A model generated the notes under the pieces. It was not told the DNA's origin, did no database searches, and saw only the letters and a program-made list of their open reading frames with translations. The translations under genes and the position numbers were made by a program. A stretch of 64,000 nt of DNA, taken from Nitrospirota bacterium (GTDB taxonomy: Bacteria > Nitrospirota > Thermodesulfovibrionia > Thermodesulfovibrionales > Dissulfurispiraceae). Below, piece after piece: positions 49,213 through 59,078 of this stretch (its first letter is position 1; every line of letters starts with the position of its first letter). The DNA lies in contig JBFMCP010000007.1 of NCBI GenBank assembly GCA_040754455.1, positions 1-64,000 on the forward strand. Reading direction: 5' to 3'.

Positions 49213-50091
49213 ATGGAGAATGTATGGGTACTTTTCGCGCTCGTTGCCGCTTTCTCGCTTGCTACGAGTGATGCCTTTACGAAAAAGGCGCTGGCCGCGT
49301 ATAACGAATACCTCATCGCGTGGCTCAGGCTTCTCATGACACTGCCGGGGCTCTGCATCGCCCTGCTGCTTGTTCCACTACCGGCACTCGATAAGGAGTT
49401 CTTCGTCGCCTCGCTTGTTGCATTGCCCTTCGAGATAACGGCAATGATCCTTTACATCAAGGCGCTGAAGCTGTCGCCGCTCAGCCTCACGCTGCCGTTC
49501 CTTTCGCTGACACCGATCTTTTTGATCATCGTCCCGCATGTCCTTTTGGGAGAGACGGTGTCAATGCAAGGGACGATGGGGGTACTGCTGATCGCAGCGG
49601 GCGGATATATGCTCAACCTCAAGGAATTCAAAAGGGGGATCTTCGAACCATTCCTGGCGATAAGGAGAGAGAAAGGCTCTGTTTACATGATCGTGGTAGC
49701 GCTTATTTTCAGTATCACTTCTACCCTGGGCAAGAAGGCCATTATCCATTCGTCGCCGCTTTTTTTTGCGGCATCCTATTATGTTGCGCTTGCCGTTTTT
49801 TTTGCTCCTGTCGCCCTCTATAAGGGCAGGGGCGATCTGAAAGAACTATGGAAGAATGGCACGGTCAAGGCCGCGCTTCTGCCAGGATTCTTCCACCTCC
49901 TGATGATTATTTCACATATGATCGCGATCAGTCTCACCACGGTCGCGTATATGATCTCGGTAAAACGGCTGAGCCTGCTCATCGGCGTCCTCTACGGGCA
50001 TCTGTTCTTCAAAGAACAGGGTATAAGGGACCGCTTCGCCGGTTCTGCGCTGATGCTGGCGGGGTTTGCTCTGATCGTGCTGTCACGATGA
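49213..50091 (+). CDS. EamA/DMT family transporter
   Basis: About ten TM helices in a duplicated EamA pattern (SPLSLT.P, SVKRLS). Confidence 0.9.
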   Translation: MENVWVLFALVAAFSLATSDAFTKKALAAYNEYLIAWLRLLMTLPGLCIALLLVPLPALDKEFFVASLVALPFEITAMILYIKALKLSPLSLTLPFLSLTPIFLIIVPHVLLGETVSMQGTMGVLLIAAGGYMLNLKEFKRGIFEPFLAIRREKGSVYMIVVALIFSITSTLGKKAIIHSSPLFFAASYYVALAVFFAPVALYKGRGDLKELWKNGTVKAALLPGFFHLLMIISHMIAISLTTVAYMISVKRLSLLIGVLYGHLFFKEQGIRDRFAGSALMLAGFALIVLSR

Positions 50092-50101
50092 AAAGCGGCT
50101 T

Positions 50102-51028
50102 TTACTTCAGTAATTCCTCAATAGTGATGCTGACTCCTTCGGAAAGTGCAGACAAATTGTAGCCTCCCTCGAGGGTGAAGACGAACGGCACGGGGCCTGA
50201 TTCCAGAGGGCAGCAGACGATATTGTGGACGATATTGCGTAATCCCTCTCCGGTCACCTGCAGACTCGCGAGGGGATCGTTCACATGGATATCATAGCCG
50301 GCTGATACGAGTACTATATCAGGTCTGAAGGGCTCCATCAGCGGCGGGAGTATCTCGCTGTAGACGGCATAGAATTCCTTGTCACCCGACCCCGGCGGCA
50401 TAGGGACATTGTAGGTGTACCCCTCACCTTTGCCCCTTCCCCGTTCCTCGGGATATCCGGTGCCCGGATAGAGGGGGATCTGGTGCGTGCTGAAGTAGAA
50501 GACGGTGTCATCCTCTTCGAATATGTGCTGGGTGCCGTTGCCATGGTGGACATCGAAGTCGATGATAAAAATTTTTTTATAGCCGATCTTCTGTGCATAA
50601 CGGGCGCCAACGGCAACATTGTTGAAAATGCAGAAGCCCATTGCCCTGCCCGCTTCAGCATGATGCCCCGGCGGCCTGACTGCACAGAAGGCCCGCTCTA
50701 TTTCGCCGCTTTTGCATCGGTCGACTGCCTCCATTACCGCCCCGGCAGCATGAAGTGCCGCTTCGAGGCTGTTTTCGGACATAAAGGTATCACCGTCCAG
50801 GTAGCCGCTTCCGAATCTTTTTATCTTTTCGATATAGGGCGCGGTATGGACCCGGGAGATATCCTCAAAGGAGGCCTTGCGCGGCGGTATATGGAGAAGA
50901 TCATTTCTGAACGGGGCATGCTCAAGGCCCGCAAGAATAGCGGTGAGCCGTTCCTTTCGTTCGGGGTGGCCCGGCGGCATCTCATGTTTTAAAAAAATAT
51001 CGTCATAAAGAAAGCCGGTTTTATGCAT
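50102..51028 (-). CDS. Histone deacetylase family (AcuC/AphA-like) amidohydrolase
   Basis: HPE..ERL, RPPGHHA, GFCIFNN, DFDVHHGNGT, SAGYD, LEGGY. Confidence 0.94.
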   Translation of the reverse strand: MHKTGFLYDDIFLKHEMPPGHPERKERLTAILAGLEHAPFRNDLLHIPPRKASFEDISRVHTAPYIEKIKRFGSGYLDGDTFMSENSLEAALHAAGAVMEAVDRCKSGEIERAFCAVRPPGHHAEAGRAMGFCIFNNVAVGARYAQKIGYKKIFIIDFDVHHGNGTQHIFEEDDTVFYFSTHQIPLYPGTGYPEERGRGKGEGYTYNVPMPPGSGDKEFYAVYSEILPPLMEPFRPDIVLVSAGYDIHVNDPLASLQVTGEGLRNIVHNIVCCPLESGPVPFVFTLEGGYNLSALSEGVSITIEELLK

Positions 51029-51140
51029 AGGGTAATTATACTTGATAACGCATCTGCTGAAAAGAGATGGATGATGTTGATATAATTTGAATAACGAGTA
51101 AGCATTTGCATGTGCAATGCTCATGGCAAAGGAGACCGGC

Positions 51141-52781
51141 ATGGAAAAGCAGCCCCACACGCACACACTGCTGCCTGAGGAGACCAAGAAAGTCCTCCGC
51201 GAGACCTTTAAACAATTGCGCGATAAGGTACTCGTCGAGGTCTTCATGAATGAAGAGAGTACGCCGTTTAACGAGGCTACCGCGGAACTCGTCAAGGGCA
51301 TTGCCGAGCTTGCCGGGAAGATCGAGGTGAAAAGGTATCCATTGAGCAGTGATGCAGCAACGCAGAAAGGGATCACACGCTCTCCGACCATTCTTATCGC
51401 CCCCGACAAATATAAAATAAGATATATCGGCGCTCCTCTTGGCGAGGAGGGACGTACTTTGATCATGGCGCTGCTGCTCGCATCGAACAACGGGACGATC
51501 CTCTCCGAGGGAGCGCTGAAGCGGCTCTTTGAGCTGAAGGAGCAGCGTACGGTCCAGGTTTTTGTCTCTCCTACCTGCCCCTATTGCCCTCAGCAGGCGC
51601 TCAACGCCATTTCCGCAGCAATCGCCCGTCCTGATCTCATCACTGCCGAAGTGATTGAGATGTACGAGAACAGGGACTATATCGAGAAATACCATATCAT
51701 TACCGTACCTTTCACGGTCATCAATGAAGTTGCCATCGGCACGGGCGTCAGACCTCCGGAGCTGTTCGTCGAGGAACTCATCAGCCTCGCTTCTGCCGAG
51801 ATCATGTCTGCAGCGATTTCCGGCGAGGTGGTCGATATGGATGTCGTGATTGTCGGCGGAGGTCCCGGCGGACTGACCGCCGGAATCTATACAGGGAGGA
51901 GCGGGCTCAAGACCGCGGTGCTGGAAAAGGCGACCGTGGGGGGGCAGGTGCTTATTACTCCCATCGTCGAAAACTATCCCGGCTATACCCAGATCGCAGG
52001 CAAGGCGCTGGTGGACATCATGTACCAGCAGGCATTGCTGTATACCTATATCTTCGAGGGAGAGAGTGTGCTTGCCGCAAAAAAAGTCGATGGTATCTTC
52101 GAGGTCAGAACGAACAGAAGGATCTACCGGACCAGGGCGATCATCATTGTCACCGGAGCAGAGCATAAGAAGCTGGAGGTACCCGGCGAAGATACTCTCT
52201 ACGGAAGAGGGGTGAGCTACTGTGCTACCTGTGACGGCTATTTCTTCAAGGACGGCAAAAAGGTCATTGTTGTCGGCGGCGGCAATACCGCCGTGACAGA
52301 CGCCCTCTATTTGCACAGCATCGGAGCCGACGTCACTCTGGTGCACCGGCGCGACAAGCTGAGGGCCGAGGCCTTTCTCCAGAAGAGTATTGCTGATAGA
52401 GCTATCACTGTGCTGTGGAATACGTTGGTAACGGAAATCATGGGCACGGGGGGGGTCGAGCGCGTAAAGCTCAAGAACGTAAAGGACGGCAGCGTAACGG
52501 AGATGCCTGTTGATGGTGTTTTCATCGCGATCGGCTATGCGCCGAACAATGAGATCGCCAAAATGCTCGGACTCGCTCTCGATGAAGAGGGATATATAAA
52601 GGTCGACGGCAAACAGCGGACCTCGGAAAGAATGGTCTACGCTGCCGGCGACGTGACCGGCGGCGTCAAGCAGATTGCCACTGCCGTAGGGCAGGCGACG
52701 GTTGCCGCGATGACGGCTTTTGAGGAGCTGTCGAGCTCTCCTGAAAAGGAGAAAAAGGATGCATGGTGGGCGGGTCCTTAA
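51141..52781 (+). CDS. AhpF-like fusion of protein-disulfide oxidoreductase and thioredoxin reductase
   Basis: N-terminal thioredoxin folds with CPYC; GGGPGG, SYCATCDG, GGGNTA, HRRDKLRA, AAGDV. Confidence 0.9.
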   Translation: MEKQPHTHTLLPEETKKVLRETFKQLRDKVLVEVFMNEESTPFNEATAELVKGIAELAGKIEVKRYPLSSDAATQKGITRSPTILIAPDKYKIRYIGAPLGEEGRTLIMALLLASNNGTILSEGALKRLFELKEQRTVQVFVSPTCPYCPQQALNAISAAIARPDLITAEVIEMYENRDYIEKYHIITVPFTVINEVAIGTGVRPPELFVEELISLASAEIMSAAISGEVVDMDVVIVGGGPGGLTAGIYTGRSGLKTAVLEKATVGGQVLITPIVENYPGYTQIAGKALVDIMYQQALLYTYIFEGESVLAAKKVDGIFEVRTNRRIYRTRAIIIVTGAEHKKLEVPGEDTLYGRGVSYCATCDGYFFKDGKKVIVVGGGNTAVTDALYLHSIGADVTLVHRRDKLRAEAFLQKSIADRAITVLWNTLVTEIMGTGGVERVKLKNVKDGSVTEMPVDGVFIAIGYAPNNEIAKMLGLALDEEGYIKVDGKQRTSERMVYAAGDVTGGVKQIATAVGQATVAAMTAFEELSSSPEKEKKDAWWAGP

Positions 52782-52928
52782 TTGAGGAACGTCTTTCACC
52801 TCCATTAAAAGCACCTGATATCAGAATGCGCTTTTCTTTTCCCGCTCATTCCTGCTCATCCTGCTCCCAGCATAAATTTCAAAATAATGTCTAAATTTAT
52901 AAATCCCGAAATAATTTTTGCGAATCCC

Positions 52929-52974
52929 TTGACAAAGGTTTTTTTATCCGATATCATGTAAGTGAATATTCACT
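52929..52974 (+). promoter_or_regulatory. Promoter and TetR operator
   Basis: TTGACA-N17-TATCAT followed by the perfect palindrome AGTGAATATTCACT (52961-52974). Confidence 0.8.
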
Positions 52975-52988
52975 ATCAAGGGGTTTTA

Positions 52989-53603
52989 TTGAAAAAGGTA
53001 TCAAAACCAATAGGCAAAATGCCAAGAGAGGTAAGGCGTACACAGATCGCCGAGGCTGCGCTCAGGATCATCGCCCGCCAGGGAGTAAGGGCCCTCACTA
53101 CTTCAGCGATAGCGCAGGAAGTCGGCATATCCGAGGCAAACCTCTATCGTCACTTCAGGAATAAAGATGAGATCCTCTCCGAGATGGTGGACATGATCGG
53201 TGAGGGGCTCAGAAAGAATTTTGAGAGTGTGTTTAAAACTGATGCTACCCCGATTTCGAAGCTCAAAAAAGTCTTCAGGCTTCACTTGGACTATATAGAG
53301 AAAAACGAAGGAATTCCGCGGCTCGGCTTTTCAGAGGATATGCATTGGGGGAACAGGGAATTGGGAGAGCGGCTCCTCACGAATATCGAAAGGTACGCCG
53401 ACGAGCTCGAAAAGCTTATACAGGAGGGCCAGAAAACAGGTGCACTGAAAAGAGAGCTGGAGCCGCGTACCGCAGCCTTGATGCTTATTGGAATGGTACA
53501 GGTCGTGACCTTTCGATGGTCGTTGAGCGGCTTCTCCTTTCCACTGGTTGCCGAGGGAATGAAAATGTGGGAGAATTTTGAGAGCTGCGTGCGGTTTAAA
53601 TAA
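52989..53603 (+). CDS. TetR/AcrR family regulator; start uncertain
   Basis: TTSAIAQEVGISEANLYRHFRNKDEIL. Confidence 0.93.
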   Translation: MKKVSKPIGKMPREVRRTQIAEAALRIIARQGVRALTTSAIAQEVGISEANLYRHFRNKDEILSEMVDMIGEGLRKNFESVFKTDATPISKLKKVFRLHLDYIEKNEGIPRLGFSEDMHWGNRELGERLLTNIERYADELEKLIQEGQKTGALKRELEPRTAALMLIGMVQVVTFRWSLSGFSFPLVAEGMKMWENFESCVRFK

Positions 53604-53616
53604 TTTTTTGCCGAAG

Positions 53617-53635
53617 ATGTAAGTAAGCGTTCACT
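53617..53635 (+). promoter_or_regulatory. Second, degenerate TetR operator
   Basis: ATGTAAGTAAGCGTTCACT compared with ATGTAAGTGAATATTCACT upstream of tetR. Confidence 0.6.
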
Positions 53636-53648
53636 TTTGGAGGTATAT

Positions 53649-54974
53649 ATGAAAAGAGCTGTACTGATCATCGGGATTATTCTGATTGCACGAGGCGCTT
53701 TTGCAGAAAGTGACAAGATGGACTTTACCCTTTCCGAGGTGATTGATTTCGCCCTCAAGAATAATCCCGGCATCAGGTCATCGCGCAGCGACATCGAGAT
53801 CGAGAACTACGGCATCAAGGCCGCGAAAGCGGCCAAATGGCCGAAAGTCGACCTGAGCAGCGGTGTGACACGCTACCGCTATCCGTCACCGATAACACCG
53901 ATTGCCGGTTCCCCGCTCGCTGGCGCGGCATTCCCCGAGTTCGACAAAACTATCTACGATGCGAGCGTGGTCTTTTCGTTGCCCTTCTACCGGGGCGGAA
54001 GGCTCGACCGGGAGGTGCAGATAGCGGAGTTGCGTCGTGCCATAGCAGAAGACACCTTTCATATGAACCGGCAGGAGCTTATTTATAACCTTACGAGCGT
54101 GTACTACAAAATTTATGAGCTCGAAAAACTCCTTGCGGCGAATGAATCGTCGGTACAGCAGCTGGTAACCCATAAGAAAAATATAGAGCTCTTTCTCGAA
54201 GCTGGCACGGTACCGAGAGTCGATCTCCTGAAGACCGAGGCCGCGCTTGCCCATGCGCAGCAGACAGCCCTTCTTACCAGGAACAGCCTCGCAAGCACGT
54301 ATGAGCTGCTTAAAGCATTGATGGGCATCGAGGATGCGACGAAGAGAATTACTCTTGTCTACGAGCAGCTGGAGTGCGACCGGTATCAGCTACTCGAGGA
54401 TTCCATTGCACAGGCTTTTTTGCAGCGGCCCGACTATAAGGCGGCGCTGAAGCAGCAAAGGATAGCCGAGGAACGGATCAAGCTCGCCCGGGGGAAGAGG
54501 ATCCCTGCAGTGTCACTGAACGGCGAATATAACGAGCGGTCAGGCGAAGACCTCAGCTTCAACGAAAACTGGAATCTCAGCGTGAGAATCACAATGCCGC
54601 TCTTCGACGGCGGCGCGATTACCGCGGAGGTGCACCGGCAGGAAAAAGAACTGGCAAAGAGTGAGGAGGAGATGCGCTTTCTGCGTTTGGCGATCATCCG
54701 CGAGGTCAAGGATGCCTATTTAAACATACAGAGTGCGCAGGAGCGGATCGAGGCGACCCGGAAGGCAATCGATTCGGCACAGGAGACCCTCCGCATCGAG
54801 CGTCTGAAATACGATTCAGGCAAAGGTACGAGCACGGACGTCATCGACGCACAGACCGCTCTGCTCCGGGCGGAAACGGATTACTACCAGGCGCTCTATG
54901 ATAAAGATATTGCTGTGGCCGCATTGCAAAAGGCGATGGGAGAGGAGAGGTACGGAAAGGAGGAAGTACGATGA
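53649..54974 (+). CDS. TolC-family outer membrane efflux protein
   Basis: Signal peptide and two OEP repeats (ALKNNP, PFYRGG, PLFDGG, DVIDAQ). Confidence 0.92.
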   Translation: MKRAVLIIGIILIARGAFAESDKMDFTLSEVIDFALKNNPGIRSSRSDIEIENYGIKAAKAAKWPKVDLSSGVTRYRYPSPITPIAGSPLAGAAFPEFDKTIYDASVVFSLPFYRGGRLDREVQIAELRRAIAEDTFHMNRQELIYNLTSVYYKIYELEKLLAANESSVQQLVTHKKNIELFLEAGTVPRVDLLKTEAALAHAQQTALLTRNSLASTYELLKALMGIEDATKRITLVYEQLECDRYQLLEDSIAQAFLQRPDYKAALKQQRIAEERIKLARGKRIPAVSLNGEYNERSGEDLSFNENWNLSVRITMPLFDGGAITAEVHRQEKELAKSEEEMRFLRLAIIREVKDAYLNIQSAQERIEATRKAIDSAQETLRIERLKYDSGKGTSTDVIDAQTALLRAETDYYQALYDKDIAVAALQKAMGEERYGKEEVR

Positions 54975-55954
54975 AGAAACGGGTGCTTTTCGCAGGCGTT
55001 CTTATCATCATAGGCATTGCCGCCTTCCTGATATATCGCTTTGTCAACAAACCCGAAGAGGGAGTTATTGCCGTTTCCGGGAATGTGGAGGTTACCGAGG
55101 TGAATATGGGCTTCAAGTCATCGGGAAGGGTTGTAGAGCTCCTGGCGGAAGAGGGGGAGAAAGTGAAAAGAGGGGACAGGCTTGCCGTCCTCGACAGTGC
55201 TGAACTCGAAAGCCAGGTGGCGCAGAGCAGGGCCGCACTGAATGAAGCTGCAACAAAGCTGCAGGAACTTAGGGCAGGCTCGCGCCCCCAGGAAATTGCC
55301 CAGGCCCAGGCATCGGTCGCTTCTGCGGAGGCTGAACTGATCAAGGCGAAGAAGGACTACGAACGGGATGAGTTCCTTTACAAGAACGGAGCTGTTTCCG
55401 CGCAGCAGTGGGACGCATCGAAAAAAGTATATGAGACGGCAGTCTCGCAGCACCGGAAGTCGCTCGAATCGCTCAGCCTCGTAAAAGAGGGGCCACGCAG
55501 GGAAGAGATAAGGGCAGCAGAGGACAGGATGCGCCAGGCAGAGGCAGCACTGAGAGCATCTGAAGAAAGATTAAAAGATACCATCATCTCTGCGCCGGTG
55601 TCAGGGGTGGTGTTAAGAAAGAATATCGAACTTGGCGAGACCGTTGCACCCGGGACGCCTGTCTATACCATAGGCGACCTTGAGAATCCATGGATAAAAG
55701 TATATGTGAAAGAGCCCGACCTGGGGCGCGTAAAGCTCGGGCAAAAGGCAGAGATTACGACCGACTCATATCCTGGGAAAATCTATGAGGGCGTCATCTC
55801 CTTCATATCTTCAGAAGCGGAATTCACCCCGAAAAATGTCCAGACGCCGGAGGAGCGGGTGAAGCTCGTTTTTGGCGTGAAGGCGAGCGTGAAGAACGTT
55901 AATAATGAACTGAAACCGGGCATGCCTGCTGATGTGAGGATATTGTTGAGATAG
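54971..55954 (+). CDS. HlyD-family periplasmic adaptor (YbhG-like)
   Basis: ISSEAEFTPKNVQT..ER..LVF, LKPGMPADV. Confidence 0.92.
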   Translation: MKKRVLFAGVLIIIGIAAFLIYRFVNKPEEGVIAVSGNVEVTEVNMGFKSSGRVVELLAEEGEKVKRGDRLAVLDSAELESQVAQSRAALNEAATKLQELRAGSRPQEIAQAQASVASAEAELIKAKKDYERDEFLYKNGAVSAQQWDASKKVYETAVSQHRKSLESLSLVKEGPRREEIRAAEDRMRQAEAALRASEERLKDTIISAPVSGVVLRKNIELGETVAPGTPVYTIGDLENPWIKVYVKEPDLGRVKLGQKAEITTDSYPGKIYEGVISFISSEAEFTPKNVQTPEERVKLVFGVKASVKNVNNELKPGMPADVRILLR

Positions 55955-55984
55955 ATGGGTGCGCCGTAGCAAAGGAGTTTTTGA

Positions 55985-56908
55985 ATGGATTGGTCCATAG
56001 CGATAAAGACGTCAGATCTCACCAGAACCTTTGGTGATATCCTTGCGGTTGATAAGCTCAGTCTCGAAATAAAGAAGGGAGAGCTGTTCGGGCTGGTAGG
56101 ACCTGATGGCGCAGGAAAAACGACGGCAATGAGACTGCTTACTGCAATAATGGAGCCGACATCGGGTGAAGCGTGGGTTGCCGGGCACTCTGTCCTCACG
56201 GAAGGAGAAAGGATCAAGGAAAAGATCGGCTACATGTCGCAGCGGTTCGGGCTCTACGAGGACCTTACCGTCTTCGAAAATATCATCTTCTATGCAGATC
56301 TCTACGAGGTCCCAGAAAAAGAGCGCCCTGCGCGAATTGAGCGGCTCCTCGGCTTCAGCAACCTGACGCCGTTTAAGGGAAGGCTCGCAGGAAAGCTTTC
56401 TGGTGGCATGAAGCAGAAGCTCGGTCTTGCTTGTGCGCTTATCCATACGCCGGAAGTGCTGTTTCTCGACGAGCCGACTAATGGCGTCGACCCGGTATCG
56501 CGAAGGGATTTCTGGAGAATACTCTACGACCTCCTGAAAGAAGGAGTGACGATTCTGGTTTCCACTGCATACCTGGACGAGGCTGAGCGATGCACAAGGA
56601 TTGCTCTTATGCACAAGGGAAAGGTGTTGATTGAAAATACGCCGACAGAGGTGAAAAAATCACTCGGGTTGCCCATGATCGAAGTATGGTCTGATGATGC
56701 CCGTTCGGCGCAGGCGATCGTCAAGGAGATGCGCGGGGTCAAGGGCGTCAGTATGTATGGTGACCGGCTTCATATAACTATCGAGCGAAGAGAAATGGTC
56801 GATGATATCATCGGGAAATTAGCTGATGAGCGAATAGGAGTAAAGGATCACCGAGAAATAGTACCATCCCTTGAGGACGTATTTATTTCGATGGTAGACA
56901 GAGTGTAG
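55985..56908 (+). CDS. ABC-2 exporter ATP-binding protein
   Basis: GPDGAGKTT, LSGGMKQK, LDEPTNGVDP. Confidence 0.93.
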   Translation: MDWSIAIKTSDLTRTFGDILAVDKLSLEIKKGELFGLVGPDGAGKTTAMRLLTAIMEPTSGEAWVAGHSVLTEGERIKEKIGYMSQRFGLYEDLTVFENIIFYADLYEVPEKERPARIERLLGFSNLTPFKGRLAGKLSGGMKQKLGLACALIHTPEVLFLDEPTNGVDPVSRRDFWRILYDLLKEGVTILVSTAYLDEAERCTRIALMHKGKVLIENTPTEVKKSLGLPMIEVWSDDARSAQAIVKEMRGVKGVSMYGDRLHITIERREMVDDIIGKLADERIGVKDHREIVPSLEDVFISMVDRV

Positions 56909-56935
56909 GAAACAGGAAATGAAAGGGTTGCAGCA

Positions 56936-57862
56936 ATGAGAGAGCGCGGTATGGCGGTGGAGATCGCGAACCTGCGTCGCACCTTCGGCGACTTTGTCGC
57001 AGTGGATAACATCAGTCTCAGCGTAAATAAAGGCGAAATTTTCGGGTTTCTCGGTCCCAATGGCGCAGGCAAGTCAACGACGATAAAGATGCTCTGCGGG
57101 CTTTTGGCGCCAACCGGCGGAAGCGGTTTTGTGGGCGGGTACGACATCATGACAGAATCAGAAGAAATAAAGAAGAACATCGGGTATATGTCTCAGAAGT
57201 TCTCTCTTTACGATGATCTTACCGTTGAGGAGAATATAGCTTTTTTCAGCGGAATTTATGGTGTTTCACAGGAGAACAAGAAGGGGCGTACGGCATGGGT
57301 GCTGGAGATGGCAGGGCTTCAGGATAAGAAGAATGCCCTCACCAGGACTCTCCCCGGCGGATTCAAGCAGCGACTTGCCCTCGGCTGCGCTATTCTGCAC
57401 GAGCCGCTCATACTATTCCTCGACGAACCGACATCAGGAGTCGACCCGGTTTCAAGACGGAATTTCTGGAACCTCATCTATGAAATGGCAAAGGCGGGAA
57501 CTACTGTTTTTGTTACCACGCATTATATGGATGAGGCCGACTACTGCGACCGGCTTGCGCTCATCTACAGGGGCAGGATTATCGCAGAAGGCACACCGGA
57601 GGAACTGAGAGAGAACTATATGACACGGGATGTCCTGGAAATAGAGGTCGACAGGCTTGTTGAAGCGATGGATGTGCTTGATGGGCATAAGATTGAGGCG
57701 GCAATCTTTGGAAGCCTGCTCCATGCCACGGTCGAGAATGCCGACTCGACTGAGCAGCGAATACAAACAGTGCTGGAAGAGAAAGGGATAAAGGTCAAGA
57801 GGATCGAAAAGATCGTGCCGTCGCTGGAGGATGTGTTTGTGACGTTGATAGAAACAGCGTGA
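56936..57862 (+). CDS. ABC-2 exporter ATP-binding protein
   Basis: GPNGAGKST, LPGGFKQR, LDEPTSGVDP, TTHYMDEA. Confidence 0.93.
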   Translation: MRERGMAVEIANLRRTFGDFVAVDNISLSVNKGEIFGFLGPNGAGKSTTIKMLCGLLAPTGGSGFVGGYDIMTESEEIKKNIGYMSQKFSLYDDLTVEENIAFFSGIYGVSQENKKGRTAWVLEMAGLQDKKNALTRTLPGGFKQRLALGCAILHEPLILFLDEPTSGVDPVSRRNFWNLIYEMAKAGTTVFVTTHYMDEADYCDRLALIYRGRIIAEGTPEELRENYMTRDVLEIEVDRLVEAMDVLDGHKIEAAIFGSLLHATVENADSTEQRIQTVLEEKGIKVKRIEKIVPSLEDVFVTLIETA

Positions 57863-57870
57863 AAGACCGT

Positions 57871-57957
57871 CATGAGTGAAGAGTGATAGGTACTGAGTAA
57901 AAGGTCAAAGACCTTATTTTGTCCTTTACTGATCACTCATTACTCGTCACTGATTAC
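57871..57957. repeat. Palindromic heptamer-repeat element (TGATGAG-type unit)
   Basis: CATGAG TGAAGAG TGATAGG TACTGAG TAAA ... TTACTGA TCACTCA TTACTCG TCACTGA TTAC. Confidence 0.75.
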
Positions 57958-57966
57958 GAGAAAGAT

Positions 57967-59076
57967 ATGAAATTGCTCAGAGTTAAAGCAGTCGTTAAGA
58001 AGGAGTTCATACAGATAGGGCGGGACCCGCTGAGCCTTGCCATGGCGTTTCTGATGCCCGCGCTCCTTCTCTTCCTCTTCGGGTATGCGATAACCCTTGA
58101 TGTGAATAACCTTGCTACGGTTGTTTATGACATGGATAAGAGCAGCGCGAGCCGGGAGCTTGTGGCAGAGTTCGTGGAGTCGGGCTATTTTACTGTTGTC
58201 GGCAGTGTTGCGGGGTATAGGGATATCGACGACTATCTCGATTCAGGCAGTGCCCAGGTGGGGATAGTATTGTTCGGCGATTTTTCCGAGGATCTCCATA
58301 CCGGCAGAGATGCTCACGTGCAGGTAGTGGTTGATGGAAGCGATTCGAATACCGCAACGATTGCACTGGGCTATATAGCGGCGATAACGGAGCGTTATTC
58401 CCAAAGAATAAAAGGTATAAGTATAACGCCGCTCATCGACTCCCGCGCGCGGGTCTGGTACAATGCCGAGCTTGCATCGAAGAATTACATTATCCCCGGT
58501 CTTATTGCCGTCATTATGGCGGTAATTGCAGCGCTCCTTACTTCTCTGACCATTGCCCGTGAGTGGGAACGGGGCACTATGGAGCAACTGATCTCCACGC
58601 CGGTAAAAACACCGGAGCTTATAACAGGGAAGCTCATCCCCTACTTTTTCATCGGCTTTATCGATGTCGTACTGTCGGTTCTGATGGCTGTTTTCATATT
58701 CGATGTCCCTCTGCGGGGTAACCTTTTTTTGCTTGCGGTATTTTCTTCCCTGTTCCTGTTCGGAGGGCTCAGCCTCGGCATACTCATTTCTATTGCCGCA
58801 AAGTCCCAGTTGGTGGCGAGTCAGATTGCCATGGTGGCGACCTTTTTGCCCGCATTTCTGCTTTCTGGATTCATGTATACCATTTCCAACATGCCGAAAC
58901 CCATACAGGTAGTGACACATATAATCCCTGCCCGGTATTTTGTAACCGTGCTGAAGGGACTCTTTTTGAAGGGGGTCACGCTTAGATTCCTGACTGTCGA
59001 AGCGCTGCTGTTGGCGGTATTCGGTGTAGCGGTTTTTGCACTGGCAAATAAAAAGTTCAAAAAAAGAGTTGTGTAG
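57967..59076 (+). CDS. ABC-2 exporter permease (YbhS-like)
   Basis: KEFIQIGRD, DGSDSNTA, AREWERGTMEQL. Confidence 0.92.
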   Translation: MKLLRVKAVVKKEFIQIGRDPLSLAMAFLMPALLLFLFGYAITLDVNNLATVVYDMDKSSASRELVAEFVESGYFTVVGSVAGYRDIDDYLDSGSAQVGIVLFGDFSEDLHTGRDAHVQVVVDGSDSNTATIALGYIAAITERYSQRIKGISITPLIDSRARVWYNAELASKNYIIPGLIAVIMAVIAALLTSLTIAREWERGTMEQLISTPVKTPELITGKLIPYFFIGFIDVVLSVLMAVFIFDVPLRGNLFLLAVFSSLFLFGGLSLGILISIAAKSQLVASQIAMVATFLPAFLLSGFMYTISNMPKPIQVVTHIIPARYFVTVLKGLFLKGVTLRFLTVEALLLAVFGVAVFALANKKFKKRVV

Positions 59077-59078
59077 CC

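Noticed and set aside
55985..57862. Two tandem ABC ATPases as a broken gene
   Set aside because: Each has a full motif set and its own C-terminal domain; a two-gene form of YbhF-type systems is ordinary.
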